Source: Octopus bimaculoides
Lineage: Eukaryota
DNA: 64,000 nt
Assembly (NCBI RefSeq): GCF_001194135.2
Contig: NC_068997.1
Coordinates: 19,438,973 to 19,502,972, forward strand
Direction of reading: 5' to 3'
The translations under genes and the position numbers were made by a program. The notes under the pieces are model-generated. The model ran no database searches and had not been told where the DNA came from. It saw only the letters and a list, made by a program, of their open reading frames with translations. Shown here in pieces: positions 49,691-62,590 of this stretch. Numbering within the stretch: position 1 is the first letter of the stretch; each line of letters begins with the position of its first letter.

Positions 49691-51155
49691 TAAAGGAAAC
49701 GAATATTGATGCACAGACTGTTAAATATGAAGAGATGGAGCCAATGAAGAACCCTCTAACTTTCTAACTGTTTGAAAATGGTTGGCATTAGGAAGGAATC
49801 AAGCCATATAAAGAATGCCAAAACAGACATTGGAGCTTGACAACGCCTTCTGATCTGTTGGATCCTGTCAAACTATCAAACCAATGCCAGTATAGAATTC
49901 AGATGATGAATGTAACAATTTAACCCTTTTTTATAATTTTGAAAAAAAAAATTATTTTTTACGATAATTCTTTTGATTCTTGACTCAAACAACAATTAAT
50001 TTGATCAAGGCTTTTTTTTTTTTTGCTTTGTCTTTTTTTTTCTGCAGTTAAAGTGTTTTTGATAAATTGTATATCACTCAACCTTCACTCTTATTTCAAG
50101 AAGTATCCTAGATTGTAGATTGTATTGTTTAATAAGTGACTAATTGCAGAGAAATTCTACTTATAACCGTTGATATGAAAATAATCCAGAAGATAAAACT
50201 GACATTGATAGCAATAAAACTATCTTTTATTCTTTTTTTATTTTTGTTGTCTGGACAATAATTTGTACTCTAATTGGATACCATATGCACATAATTCAAG
50301 CATAATTTATATTCCATGAAATTATGCATTGGGTGGAGGAGTTGAACTTTTTACTTCCTGAAAATTTTAGATGCTCTATTTCATTTGATTGAGATTCTTA
50401 GAGAAAAATATTTTAAAGGATTAAGATTTTTTTTTTTTCACAATGTTAGCTTTATGGTCACATATACTTTTACAACCTTCACAAGTCAAGTTAAGAACTA
50501 ACTTTAAAATTTGCTTCTTTTTTATTTTTCTTCGCTTATGGTGCATGAACTTGTTCTATGTATCTTAAACAGCAATTATGATAAATCTAAGCACTTCCTT
50601 CTGTACATCATAACATTTAAAGGAAAGTCAGTGCATGTTAAACATGAGAAAGATTTTTACTGAAACTTCATAGCCCATGTATAGTCATGTGCATTAGTGC
50701 AGAGTATATTTGATTAAATACTGTGTGTGTGTGTGTGTGTGTGTGGCTCTTGTCCTGGACCATGAGTAGCCACAAGTGTTATTAAATCTTGAATTGTATG
50801 CAACCACAATTCGAATGGTGTTGTTGTTTGGGAATGTAAAACATGAACTAAGCACTTTTCTGTATGAGAAAANNNNNNNNNNNNNNNNNNNNNNNNNNNN
50901 NNNNNNNNNNNNNNNNNNNNNNNNNNNNNNNNNNNNNNNNNNNNNNNNNNNNNNNNNNNNNNNNNNNNNNNNNNNNNNNNNNNNNNNNNNNNNNNNNNNN
51001 NNNNNNNNNNNNNNNNNNNNNNNNNNNNNNNNNNNNNNNNNNNNNNNNNNNNNNNNNNNNNNNNNNNNNNNNNNNNNNNNNNNNNNNNNNNNNNNNNNNN
51101 NNNNNNNNNNNNNNNNNNNNNNNNNNNNNNNNNNCCCAGGTTTCAAATTTCTCCA

Positions 51156-51275
51156 AGACACCTGATGAAGGCTGGAGGGTATATCAACCAAAACATTGTG
51201 TTAACAACAAACAAGATGAGGACAAATATCCTTCAAATGTAAATAATGTACATAATTCCTCATCTCTTTAAATAT
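51156..51275 (+). mobile_element. Penelope-like terminal fragment with degenerate hammerhead
   Basis: GACAC-CTGATGA-AGGCTG...CAACC-AAAAC-ATT-GTGTT. Confidence 0.55.
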
Positions 51276-51521
51276 GGAACGATATCTCTAATAGTTAAGA
51301 ATTTGGTGATGTTATCCATTAATGATTCATTTATTAGCTAATAGTGATTTTATAAAAGAAAGAGAGCTTAGACTTAGAGAAAATATATATGTCAGTGTCC
51401 TCTGTACACACTAGATAGATATCTAAGTAATATCAGGATTTATTGATTCTGAACAGGAGTGGATGGCTGCATATTTGATCATTGCATCAACACTTTCATT
51501 AGTAACATGGTCTCCACAAAC

Positions 51522-51675
51522 CTTTGAATTTTGAAGCAAAAACCTGTTGAATATTTTCTTCAAGAATTTCCTCACAAAATTTTTTGTCAGGCTGAACAAT
51601 GAAACCAGAAGATATGCAAGTCAACAGGGCAATGATGAAGATATATCTCAGAATGCTTTTTCCAAGTTGCAGAGA
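51522..51675 (-). CDS. Candidate exon with hydrophobic (signal/TM) segment, product unknown
   Basis: tttttgttccaatag| acceptor, AAAG|GTTTGT donor; SLQLGKSILRYIFIIALLTCISSGFIVQPDKKFCEEILEENIQQVFASKFK; the opposite strand is also open, so strand is ambiguous. Confidence 0.3.
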
Positions 51676-52464
51676 CTATTGGAACAAAAATTCCGTTCTG
51701 AGACAGAAAAATCAATGCCCAAGAATCAATAGCTTGTAAATACATGTGTAAACACTTATATGTAATCAGCTTACCTGGGCAGGTGAAAGTGACATGACAA
51801 CAAGTAAAAACCACATTCACAATGTACACCAATATAATTGTATACTTCGTTGAAGTACTGCTGGTGTTTAGGGAATGAAGTCTCAGTCTTAGCATGTTGT
51901 TGTATGTGTACATCACTGTAGGAGCTCGTGTTGGGGAGGCATTGTATTTGAGAAGAGAGATGCCATGCTTGAACAAGACAACAACCTCCATGTATGTGTG
52001 TAAATGTCTATACATTTTTGTGAGTGTATGTATGTATATATATATATTCATATGTATGTATGATAGATAAATAGATAGATATCTTGTCATTATCATTGTT
52101 TAACACCAACCTTTTCATGCTTAAATAAGTCTGGAATTTTTACAGTTAGATGCCTTTTCTGTCACCAACCCTATTTCCCCATGGCTGGATATATTGTCAT
52201 GGAAGATTGGAAATGAGCAATATCATTAAAGCTATCATATAATCTCAAGACTGGGTACACATGCACACACACATGACATATATTTATGTATATACATACA
52301 AGCTTCTTTCAGTTTCCATCTACCAATCTACTAAATCCACTTACAAGGCTTTGGTGAGCCTGGGCTTTAGGAGAAGACGCTTGCCCCAGGTGCCACACAG
52401 TGAGACTGAATCCGAGATGGTATAGTTAGGAAGCATGCTTCTTAAGCACACTGCCAAGCCGGCA

Positions 52465-52503
<39 letters not shown>

Positions 52504-52834
52504 CGAGTAACCTTTATGAAACCTGTTGCTTGTAGTTAACATGGAATATTGAGGTTAGAGTCTATGGAATTTAAGTTATGTATTGCTTAAAATGTGTGGA
52601 AAGTTATGTACTGTAATTAAACAAATAGAAATATATGATGCTAGCTTGTGTATATTGAAAGTATATTTACCAATCAGTGCATTACCTGCAGACTGGCAAT
52701 TGTGTTATTCACAATGGAACAATTTATAAAATAAAGACCTATTTTTAAAGATACAAACAATGAAACACAAATGCTGAAGAAACAAATATTAATTTACTCT
52801 TGTTAAGAAAGAATAAGGACAGATCTAAATGGAA

Positions 52835-53354
52835 GCGAATCCCCCGACATGTCATGTAATGTTATGTATAGGGTCTACCCCTCTGGCAAGTCCTAGACAT
52901 GTTATGGATTGGGTCTGCCCTTCTGGCGAATCCCCCGACATGTCATGTAACGTTATGAGTTGGGTCTGTCCCTCTGGCGAATCCCCAACATGTCATGTAA
53001 CGTTATGGATTGGGTCTGCCCCTCTGGCGAATCCCCAGCATGTCATGTAATGTTATGGATTGGGTCTGCCCCTCTGGCGAATTTACGGCGTCATGTAATG
53101 TTATGGATTGACCTTGCCCCTCTGGCGAATATCTGACATGTCATGTAATGTTATGGGTTGGGTCTGCCCCTCTGGCGAATCTCCAACATGTCGTGTAATG
53201 TTATGAGTTGGGTCTGCCCCTCTGGCGAATCCCCAACATGTCGTGTAATGTTATGGAATGGGTCTGCCCCTCTGGCGAATATCCGACATGTCATGTAATG
53301 TTATGGGTTGACCCTGCCCCTCTGACTAATCCCCGGCATGTCATGTAATGTTAC
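52835..53354. repeat. 50-bp minisatellite, ~10.5 copies
   Basis: Unit GCCCCTCTGGCGAATCCCCAACATGTCATGTAATGTTATGGATTGGGTCT; 50-bp spacing checked at 52971/53021/53071 and 53171/53221/53271/53321. Confidence 0.95.
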
Positions 53355-54394
53355 CTGGTCAAATTCTCCTTTTGCCCTTCTTTGACATTGATAAAATAAG
53401 TACCAGATAAAGTATTAAAGTTGATGTAATCTAATCCTCCAGTATGACCACAATCCATTGACTGAAACCAGAAAAGGAGCTTGTGTGTGTGTTGTGTATG
53501 TTGTATACTACATATGTATATGAAAAGATATATATGTGTGTGTGTGTATGTAGATCGGGTTCAGGACCATTTTTTATCTATAGACCCCTTCAATTACTAT
53601 TCTGTTCTTTGAACCCTCGTAGCCAATTGATGTTTAAAAACTAGTCTTATAGAAATGTCTTTCAAAATTCCTATTTTGTTTTCCACACATTAATTTGTGT
53701 AGGTTGAACTGTGTAAAATGTCAGAGAAAGAAACCTACCTGTTTCCTGCAATACATACCAGTATATACATATAAAGCAAAATTTTTTAGGGGCCCTTAAA
53801 ATACTATTGTGGATCCCCAATTTATTATTCTTTTTGCATAGACCCCCCCCCCCCAAAAAAAAAAATTTATATGGACCCTCAGGGTCCGTATGGACCCAGG
53901 ATGAGAACCAGTAGTGTTGATAGACAGGTGTGTGTGTGTTGTGGAATAAGAGAAAAGAGTGGAAGCGATTCTGGGGAATGTCATCCAACAACTTGCAGAC
54001 AATCTTTGTTTTAGTATGTGTGTGTGTATGTATATTACTCACAAGTTCTGCCCACCCTTTACAGCTTCCCTGTTCTAATTATTTCTCAGCCATAACCTAG
54101 TTATCTGCTGTAATTAATGCACATAGTAACATATCAACACACCAAGTTTTGGTGACATAATTCTCTATAATTTCCCAAAGAATTACAAAAGTGGCATTGT
54201 TTATCTTGAAATATGTTAAGTACATCAGTTTCATATGAAACAGTAAACAGAAAAGGCTGTGTAATTTACATTCCATCAATGTGCAGATATGACTGTGATT
54301 AAGAAGCTTGCTTCATAATCACATGGCTTTGAGTTCAATCCACTGCATGGGCACCTTGGACTAGAGTCTTCTTTTTTGGGGCCTCATCATTTTT

Positions 54395-54910
54395 ATTTAA
54401 CGTCTGTTGTCCATGCTGGCATGGGTTGGATGGTTTGACCAGAGCTGGCAAGCTAGAAGGCTACACCAGACTCCAGTCTAATTTGCCATGGTTTCTATAG
54501 CTGGATGACCTTCCTAACACCAACCACTCCAAGAGTGTAATGGGTGCTTTTACATACCACTGGCATGAGTGACATTTGTGTGACACCAGTATCTGCCACG
54601 ACAGCAATTTTACTTGGCTTGATGGGTCTTCTTCTCAAGCAAGACATGAGGCCCAATGCTCAAAAGGTGCTTTTTACATGCCACCGGCATGGGTGTCAGT
54701 TACAGGACACCAGCATCAGCTACAGCTACAATTTCACTTGACAGGTTTCCTCAAGTACAGCATATTACCAAAGGTCTCAGTCATTAGTCATTGCCTCTGT
54801 GTGGCCCAAAGTTCAAAGATCATGCTTCACCACTTCATCCCATGTCTTCCTGGATCTACCGCTACCACAGGTTCCCTCCACCGAGATTGACACATCTTTA
54901 CACATCTGCT
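54395..54910 (-). mobile_element. RTE-clade LINE 3' end
   Basis: Translates VEGTCGSGRSRKTWDEVVKHDL*TLGHTEAMTND*DLW*YAVLEETCQ, followed by the family tail. Confidence 0.8.
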
Positions 54911-55240
54911 TGGTGGCATGAAATCACCACTCCTTCAGACACACCCAAAGACCATCATAGTTTGAGGGAATTTGTTTTTCATGATGTCCATGTTACATCT
55001 TTCAGCCTTTTTAGTGTTCACGGTGCATTGAGCAGCAGTCATGATGTCAGCATTTTGATACCTGACACGGGTCATGATACAGGTAGCTCTTTTCAAATAT
55101 TCAGGTGGCTTCCAGTCATGCATGTCGGTTAACTTTTTCTCATCTATGACTTTAATCTTTAAGCTCTTCATTGCTGTTTACTGTTCACCAATACATCAAG
55201 CTGCCCCTAAAAAAAGGAGACATATAAAATCATCAGACTC
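54911..55240 (-). pseudogene. Internally deleted Tc1/mariner (maT/DD37D-like) transposase remnant
   Basis: MHDWKPPEYLKRAT...TAAQCTVNT joined to MKNKFPQTMMVFGCV*..GDFMPP, resembling the MVxGxxSxxGxxMPP catalytic-domain motif. Confidence 0.55.
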
Positions 55241-56779
55241 AGCTCGAAGACACTTGCCCAAGGTGCCATGCAGTGGGACTGAACCCGGAACTATGTGGTT
55301 GGGAAGCAAGCTTCTTATCACACAGCCACACCTAGGCCTTGTTCAAGAAGAAATTAAAATCCGGGGGGGGGGGGGTGTCATGTAAAAAAACGCATGTTTT
55401 TTGTTTTTTTTTAAGTAATCTGCTGTTAAGTACTTCATTAAATAAATGAAATAAATAAAAGAAAGAAGAAAGCATACACATATAGCATCCTTTATTCACT
55501 GTATTTAGTCTTACTTTGAAATTAATCCTTGTGGTATAATAATGGGGTTTTTTGCAGCTGCTCCCCACTCCTAAGTTAAGGTTAATTCAACGTATTAAAT
55601 ATGTTAATTGGAAATAATTGTATGATAAGGAAAAGAATGTTAGTAAATGATTTATATTGTTTTAGCTAGAAACTGTTATATGCTGAAGAAAAGAATATTA
55701 GTGACTGACTAAAAATTTTTTAATTACTATTCCAGTAAGTAATGGAGATAACTTTAGACATGTTTCGGTATTATCAGACCTTTTCAGTGAAGTATTGACT
55801 TCACTATATTTACTAAAGTAGTGATGAGGAAATCGCTAAATAAATGTACAGTGTATGTACACTTAGCTAGTACAAAAAAAGTTTATAGTTTAGAGAGTAA
55901 ATTTACTCAGCAACGTCATTTGTATGAAAAAAAATAGTTATGTTAATTTTAACATATTTAAAACAGTGAGCATATATTATAAACTGGACAGTTTGATTGT
56001 TTGAGAGAAAGAGAGAGATGAACAAATATTTTAACAGCTGTTAGAACTTTTAATTAATTACTGTTGTTGATTAGTTCACCTCCTTTAGTCATTCCTTGTC
56101 CAGCAAACCTATAATCAACAATGTCACAGCTATGACCATTCTAACTTTTTTTTCTTTGTAGACATTGTATATCTAGATCTATATTAACCAGTCCACACCA
56201 CCACCTTTTTAATTAAAGGCAGTTGGTAAGATGGGATTTGAGATTTCGATTGCTATATCTAGCAAGCCATGTGGCCACATAGATGCTTTCTCTTTGCTGT
56301 CAGCTTTTAGCCGGTATTATAAACTGGTCATCACTTGTGCCCTGTGAAAATTTATCAGAAAGATTAATAAAATACACTTCATTGTTGAAAGTTTGACTGA
56401 TTAGTTTGTAGTACTTCATTTGTTGTTGTCTGACTTGGTTCTTCAAAGTCCAAATTGTAATGCAGATTGGCATTATCTTTTGCATTGTTTCTGGTCAATA
56501 ATAGACAACCTGTGCTGAAGGATAGTATTGAGAATTTGGAAGTGAATGTCATAATCTTTCTATCTCTACATAGTGGAGGCATTTGGCTTAGTGGTTAGGA
56601 TGCTGGACTCTTGATCATAAGATTGTGGTTTCAGTTCCTGGACTGGACGATGTCTTGTGTTCTTGAGCAAAACTCTTAATTTCATGTTGCTGGTAAAAGT
56701 GAGTAATCTTGTGATGGACCAACGTCCTGCCCAGGGAGGAATGTATACACCAGAGTAACTAGGAAACTAGACCATCATC

Positions 56780-57150
56780 ATCATCATTTAATGTCCGTTT
56801 CCTCTGTTGGCATGGATTGGATGGTTTGACAGAAGCTGCCCAAGCTCCATGTCTATTATGACATGGTTTCTACAGCTGGATGCTCTTCATAACACTAACC
56901 AGCTTAGTGTGTTCTGAGTGCTTTTACACAGCACTTGCATGGGTGCGTCTACATGGCATCAGCACCCATAAGCCTGCAAGATAGGAATGCTCAGCTGGAA
57001 AGGGATGCAAGGACAATCACACTTAGTTTGACATGTCTTTTCAAGCACAGCAAACTGCCTGGTGTCTCAATCTCTGGTCATCCCCTCTGTGAGTCCCAAT
57101 GTGTCTGTAGATTCTTTCTCCCCACTTCATCCCATGTCAAGCATTACATC
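56780..57150 (-). mobile_element. RTE-clade LINE 3' end
   Basis: ...GLTEGMTRD*DTRQFAVLEKTCQTK plus tail ending in (GAT)n. Confidence 0.75.
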
Positions 57151-57959
57151 TGACACAGAATGCTTAAGGGTGATTGATTAAGTATACCAGCCATTGAACA
57201 GGCTTCTGCACAGTTTCCTTGTTGACTCAGTTTTATTCACAGCTTGGGTCAATTCAAGGCTTTTGTAATTGACATTTACCCGAAACCCCCATGCAGCAGG
57301 ATTGAACCCAGCATCATGTGATGACTAAGTGAAATTCTGAAACAGCTCATCACGTCACCATGCATGTGCCCCGTTAAGTAATAAAAGCAAACAAATAATT
57401 AATTATACTTTGCTCTCCCTCGTTGAGTGGTATCTTTCTGTGGTATTTATTGATCTGTTTCACAGACAGATAGACTGTGATAGCAAGTATTAAGCTGAGA
57501 TACAATACAAGCCAGCAACCTTTCTGCTAGTAAGCTATGTTATCATCTCAGCTATCTGATTCTATTATTTTATGTGACAATTTAAAAAAAAGAAAATTTT
57601 CTTTTTGTACTTTTTCATTATTATTCTGCATCACGTCATGAATACAGACATACGTACCTCAATATATATCAGTAATCGGTTCCATGCCATGTGACTTGAC
57701 TTGAAAAATGATGTAACACAGAAAAACATTTTTAAAAAAATGTATTAGTTCATATCTATTTTAATAAATGATTGGTTCATATTTTTGTATGTATTTTTAT
57801 TCGATTTGTTTTTTTTATATTTTTTCACTTCAGTATTGTGTTTTAGATACATTTAAAAAAATTTTTAAGCTTTTAAATATGTTTGCTGAGATTGCCATAA
57901 AGTAAGATAAATTAACTGAAGTTGAGTTTTATTTTCTCCATTAATTTCTTAAACAAATA

Positions 57960-58117
57960 CAGGTGTAGATGTGTGGTAAAGAAGCTTGCTTTCCAACCAC
58001 ATGGTTCTGGGTTCAGTCCTACTGCATGGCACCTTCGGCAAGTGTCTTCTACTTTAGCCTCAGGCTGACTGAAGCCTTGTAAGTGGATTTGGTTAATGGA
58101 ATTAAAAGAAGTTCATC

Positions 58118-58125
<8 letters not shown>
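57960..58125 (+). mobile_element. SINE family A (runs into gap)
   Basis: Homology to 11157. Confidence 0.8.
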
Positions 58126-58151
<26 letters not shown>

Positions 58152-58599
58152 NNNNNNNNNNNNNNNNNNNNNNNNNNNNNNNNNNNNNNNNNNNNNNNNN
58201 NNNNNNNNNNNNNNNNNNNNNNNNNNNNNNNNNNNNNNNNNNNNNNNNNNNNNNNNNNNNNNNNNNNNNNNNNNNNNNNNNNNNNNNNNNNNNNNNNNNN
58301 NNNNNNNNNNNNNNNNNNNNNNNNNNNNNNNNNNNNNNNNNNNNNNNNNNNNNNNNNNNNNNNNNNNNNNNNNNNNNNNNNNNNNNNNNNNNNNNNNNNN
58401 NNNNNNNNNNNNNNNNNNTTTTTTTTTTTTTTTTTTTTTTCTTTCTTTTTTGGGGGTGAGGCTTTGGAGTCATAAGTACGTAAGTACACAGCAAGAGGTA
58501 TATTCTTCTCACTGCTGCTTTGCAGGGCTGTCTATAAACCCTTGGGCAAATCAATGCATTGATCCCTAAAGTATCTATTTATTGGCAACAAGCCACAGT

Positions 58600-58750
58600 A
58601 TACTTAGATCAGAATCGGGCCTGTAGACCTGTGGAGCCCCTGGGCTACTGCCTTAAGATGGTATTGCTGCTTTGTCTGATCATCAGCCAACTTCCGGTTT
58701 TTCCTCCAGCTTCCTTCTCTGTCCATTCTTGGATGTAGCCCAACCATCTA
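58600..58750 (-). mobile_element. Possible LINE C-terminal remnant
   Basis: RWLGYIQ followed (after frameshift) by RMD resembles the LINE RWxGHxxRM motif. Confidence 0.3.
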
Positions 58751-60744
58751 CTTCATAGCTTTATAAATACATTTCTTACTAGGCAGCAGGAGTGGGATGG
58801 GGGTGTTCTTTGAAAATTATTGAACATAGAATTCTCAAGAATTATTTTAAAAAGAAAAAAACAAACAAATAGTGCCACTGTCTTTTATTATTGAGCAGAT
58901 GTGATCTGTTGAAATAGCAGCTAAATTTTTCGTGAATCACATCAAACCATTTATTCCTCTCTACCCCTACTCCAGCACCCCACCCCAAGAATAGAATTGA
59001 GAAAACTAAAACGGAAAAAAGCCCATACTCATAGATATATAAAGTGACAGGATAGTCATGGCTGGAACAGATTTGATCATAGGTCAGCTCATTTAGCGTG
59101 TGACCTGTGGCTAAAAAGTATTTCCCAGTATCCCTCGACACATTTTAAAACAGACTGGAGAAGAAAATAAATATCTGTTTATTACATGTTAATACACTCT
59201 CCATCTCTTACCCCTTCACCTCTGGAGAAGATAAGCAAGGCATTTGACTATTTGCTGCTGTTCTCTCTCTCTCTCTTTCTCATCAAAATATTTAACATGC
59301 CATTAGCATATCAACACAAGTAGGTTGGAGTAATGTTTACATGAAATAAGTCAAGTGAATCTGTGGTATGAATTTAAATAAAATCATGATGGAGGATTCT
59401 AAGAATTCAAATACTAACATTTTAAAATATGATTATATCATAGAACCAGAGGAGGAGGAGGAGGTGGTAGTTGTCATCGTCATCATCTCGGGCAGATTGG
59501 TATCAAAAGGGGTTATAAACTTTGCTGTGTTTATAGTTTGATCTATCAATCTTATATCTAAAGCTACATGGTTACATAATAAACTAAAAAAAATATGCAC
59601 AACTTAACTCTAATAATCACTTTTTAATCAATATAAAGAAAGGAAGTATATGATATCATCATAAACTTTTATCATCATCATTTTTAGGCTGTACAGGTCA
59701 CAGCTTGTATATATATTGACATAACTATATTGATTTCTGTTCATCAAGATATTGGTCTTCCCCATAAATTTTATAATTCATACCCACACCTATTTTCCAG
59801 TTGATGTTTTGTTTATGCTAGACTGTTTTTCCTACAGTATTGCTGTTTGTTATGCGCTGAAGGGATTTTTTTTCTTCATCTTCAGTTAAGTATCCATGTA
59901 GCAACCTAATATCAATTTAGTCACTTTCAATTAATGACTCACCATCCTACGTCAGTATATCTTCTGTCTTCTACTTGTGTCAGTCATTGGACTGCAGCCA
60001 TGCTGGGACTCTGCCTTGAAGGATTTTAGTTGAACCGATTGACTTCCCCGTAGTTATTTTTAAGTTTGCTATTCATTCTACTGTTCACTTTTGACAAACT
60101 ACTGAGTTATGGGGACATAAAGAAACCAACAACCACTGTCATGTGTTGTATGGCTGGATGCCCTTCCTAGGACCAACAATTTTACAAAGTGTACTGGTGC
60201 TTTTTACATGACACCATCACCAGTGATTTATACATGGCAACAGCATAGATGTTTTTAACATAGCACTAGAAAGGTGGATGTTGAAACAACAACAACAACG
60301 ACGATGATGATGATGATGATAACCGAGTTTAAACAGACTTCCAACCTTATTGTAGCTTAGAAAATGATGATAAAAAAATTTAAAAACATATACAACATTC
60401 TGTGAAAGAAAAGATTGCATGTAGCAGGAGAAAAGATAAACTAGACTCTTTTATGTTGTTGATTATGACTCATGGGAGAATTGAAGTGAGATATTCATTT
60501 CGAGAAAATGTCATAGGTTCTTGTATTGTGTAGGTCTTCATTTAAAATTGCATCTGCAATAGCTTAAGGTAGAAACATAATGTTAGATATATCAGCAGAA
60601 TAATTCATGATTGCTGATCTAACCTTTTGTTGCATGTGAAATTTTAAATATTACTGACTTCTTTGCACATGAGAAGATTTGATGCTAATTTGGTATGGCA
60701 ATTACGAATTAAAAGTTGGAATAAGTGTAGAGGTGGTAAACATT

Positions 60745-60920
60745 CTTTTATTCTTTTGCTTGTCTCAGTCATTTGACTGTGGCCATGCTGGAGCACCACC
60801 TTTAGTCGAACAAATTGCTCCAAGGACTTATTCTTTGTAAGCCAGTACTTAATCTATCAGTCTCTTTTGCCGAACCACTAAGTTACAGGGACGTAAACAC
60901 ACCAACATCGGTGGGGAGAC
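60745..60920 (-). mobile_element. SINE family A 3' half
   Basis: Reverse complement of 11380-11560. Confidence 0.8.
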
Positions 60921-61167
60921 AAACACAGACACACAAATATATATATATATATACACACATGTGGCCGTTTTCGTGCGAGTGACACGTAAAAGCACCCACT
61001 ACACTCTCTGAGTAGTTGGCGTTAGGAAGGGCATCCAGCTGTAGAAACTCTGCCAAATTAGATTGGAGCCTGGTGTTGCCATCCGGTTTCACCAGTCCTC
61101 AGTCAAATCGTCCAACCCATGCTAGCATGGAAAGCGGACGTTAAACGATGATGATGATGATGATGAT
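60921..61167 (+). mobile_element. RTE-type 3' tail, well preserved
   Basis: gacacgtaaaagcaccc...gtcaaatcgtccaacccatgctagcatggaaagcggacgttaaac(GAT)n. Confidence 0.85.
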
Positions 61168-61169
61168 AC

Positions 61170-61325
61170 ATACATACAATGGGCTTCTTTCAGTTTCTAT
61201 GTACCAAATTCACTCACAAAGCTTTGGTCGGCCCAAAGCTATAGTAGAATACACTTGCCCAAGGTGCCACACAGTGAAACTGAACCTGGAACCATGTGAT
61301 TAGGAAGCAAACTTCTTACTACAAG
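61170..61325 (-). mobile_element. SINE family A 5' half
   Basis: Reverse complement of the family A head/core. Confidence 0.8.
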
Positions 61326-61556
61326 TAGATTTTTTGAGCTTTATATCAGTTTAAAATTACAATTTCATGGTAGATGCACAACTGATATCCTGGTAACATA
61401 TTGACTCCTGACCCATTTAATAATTCATGCATTAAATGTACATCTATTTTGCAAGCATTAAAACTAGTTTATATATAATGGCTTCTGTAAGAAGTTTCAT
61501 GTACTAAGCCGGTGGTCCTCAACCAGGGTACATATGAGATTTTCTTGTTCAAATTT

Positions 61557-61975
61557 GTGGTAAGAAGCTTGCTTCACAGCCACATGGTTTTAGGTTCAGT
61601 TCCACTGTATGGCACTTCGGGCAAGTGTCTTCTACTATAGCCTCAGGCTGACCAGTCTTGTGAGTGGATTTAGTAGACAGGAACTAAAAGAAGCTTGTCA
61701 TGTGTATGTATGTATCTGTATGTATGTGTGTGTATATGTATGAATTTGTATGTATGTGTGTGTGTATGTATCTGTGAGTGTGTCCCACCAGCACTTGACA
61801 ACCGATGTTTGTGTGTTTACATCCTCATGACTTAATGGTTTGGCAAAAGAGACCAATAGAATAAATACCAGGTTTAACCAAAAAATAAGTACTGGAGTCA
61901 GTTCATTCGACTAAAACAAATTGTTCAAGGTGGTGCCCCAGCATGGTCACAGTCTAAAACTGATAAAATAGATTG
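61557..61975 (+). mobile_element. SINE family A inside a hAT-like MITE (TIRs ~61509 and ~62140)
   Basis: Family homology; flanking CCGGTGGTCCTCAACC / GGTTGAGAACCATT. Confidence 0.75.
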
Positions 61976-62182
61976 GTTATACTTCTACAACATACAAAAT
62001 ATTTGAATTTTGTTTTTTATATAATTTCTAATAATTTTTAATCATAAAACTATGGTACAATTTATTTTTAATTCATTGAATGGCTTTGGAGGTCCAGGGG
62101 AGTAAAATGGGGATCAGTGGGGTTCATAGGCAAAAAATGGTTGAGAACCATTTAATAATTCATGCATTAAATATTTATAGGT

Positions 62183-62590
62183 GCAGGAGTGGCTGTGTGG
62201 TAAGAAGCTTGCTTCTCAACCACATGCTTCTGGGTTCAGTCCCACTATGTGGCACATTTGACAAGTGTCTTCTATTATAGCCTCAGGCTGACTGAACTGT
62301 TGTGAATCAATCTGGTGTATGGAAACTGAAAGAAGCGCGTCGTATATTTGTGTGTGTGTGTGTATGTATATGTTTGTGTGTCTGTGTTTGTTCCCCCCCT
62401 TCGCTTGGCTACCGATGTTGGTGTGTTTATGTCCCCCATAACTTAGCAGTTCAGCAAAAGAGACCCATAGAATAAGTACTAGGCTTACAAAGAATAAGTC
62501 CTGGGGTCGATTTGTTTGACTAAAGGCGATGCTCCAGCATGGCTGCAGTCAGATGACTGAAACATGTAAGAAAAAGAAAATAAAAAGAAT
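62183..62590 (+). mobile_element. Near full-length SINE family A
   Basis: Homology to 11157-11560 along its full length. Confidence 0.88.

Noticed and set aside
52835-53354. CRISPR array
   Set aside because: Units are contiguous near-identical 50-mers without unique spacers; no cas genes; eukaryotic context
5485-58569. ORF-track entries containing X runs (e.g. 7445-8380, 37906-38851, 46148-46918, 50694-51271, 58049-58569)
   Set aside because: They read through assembly gaps
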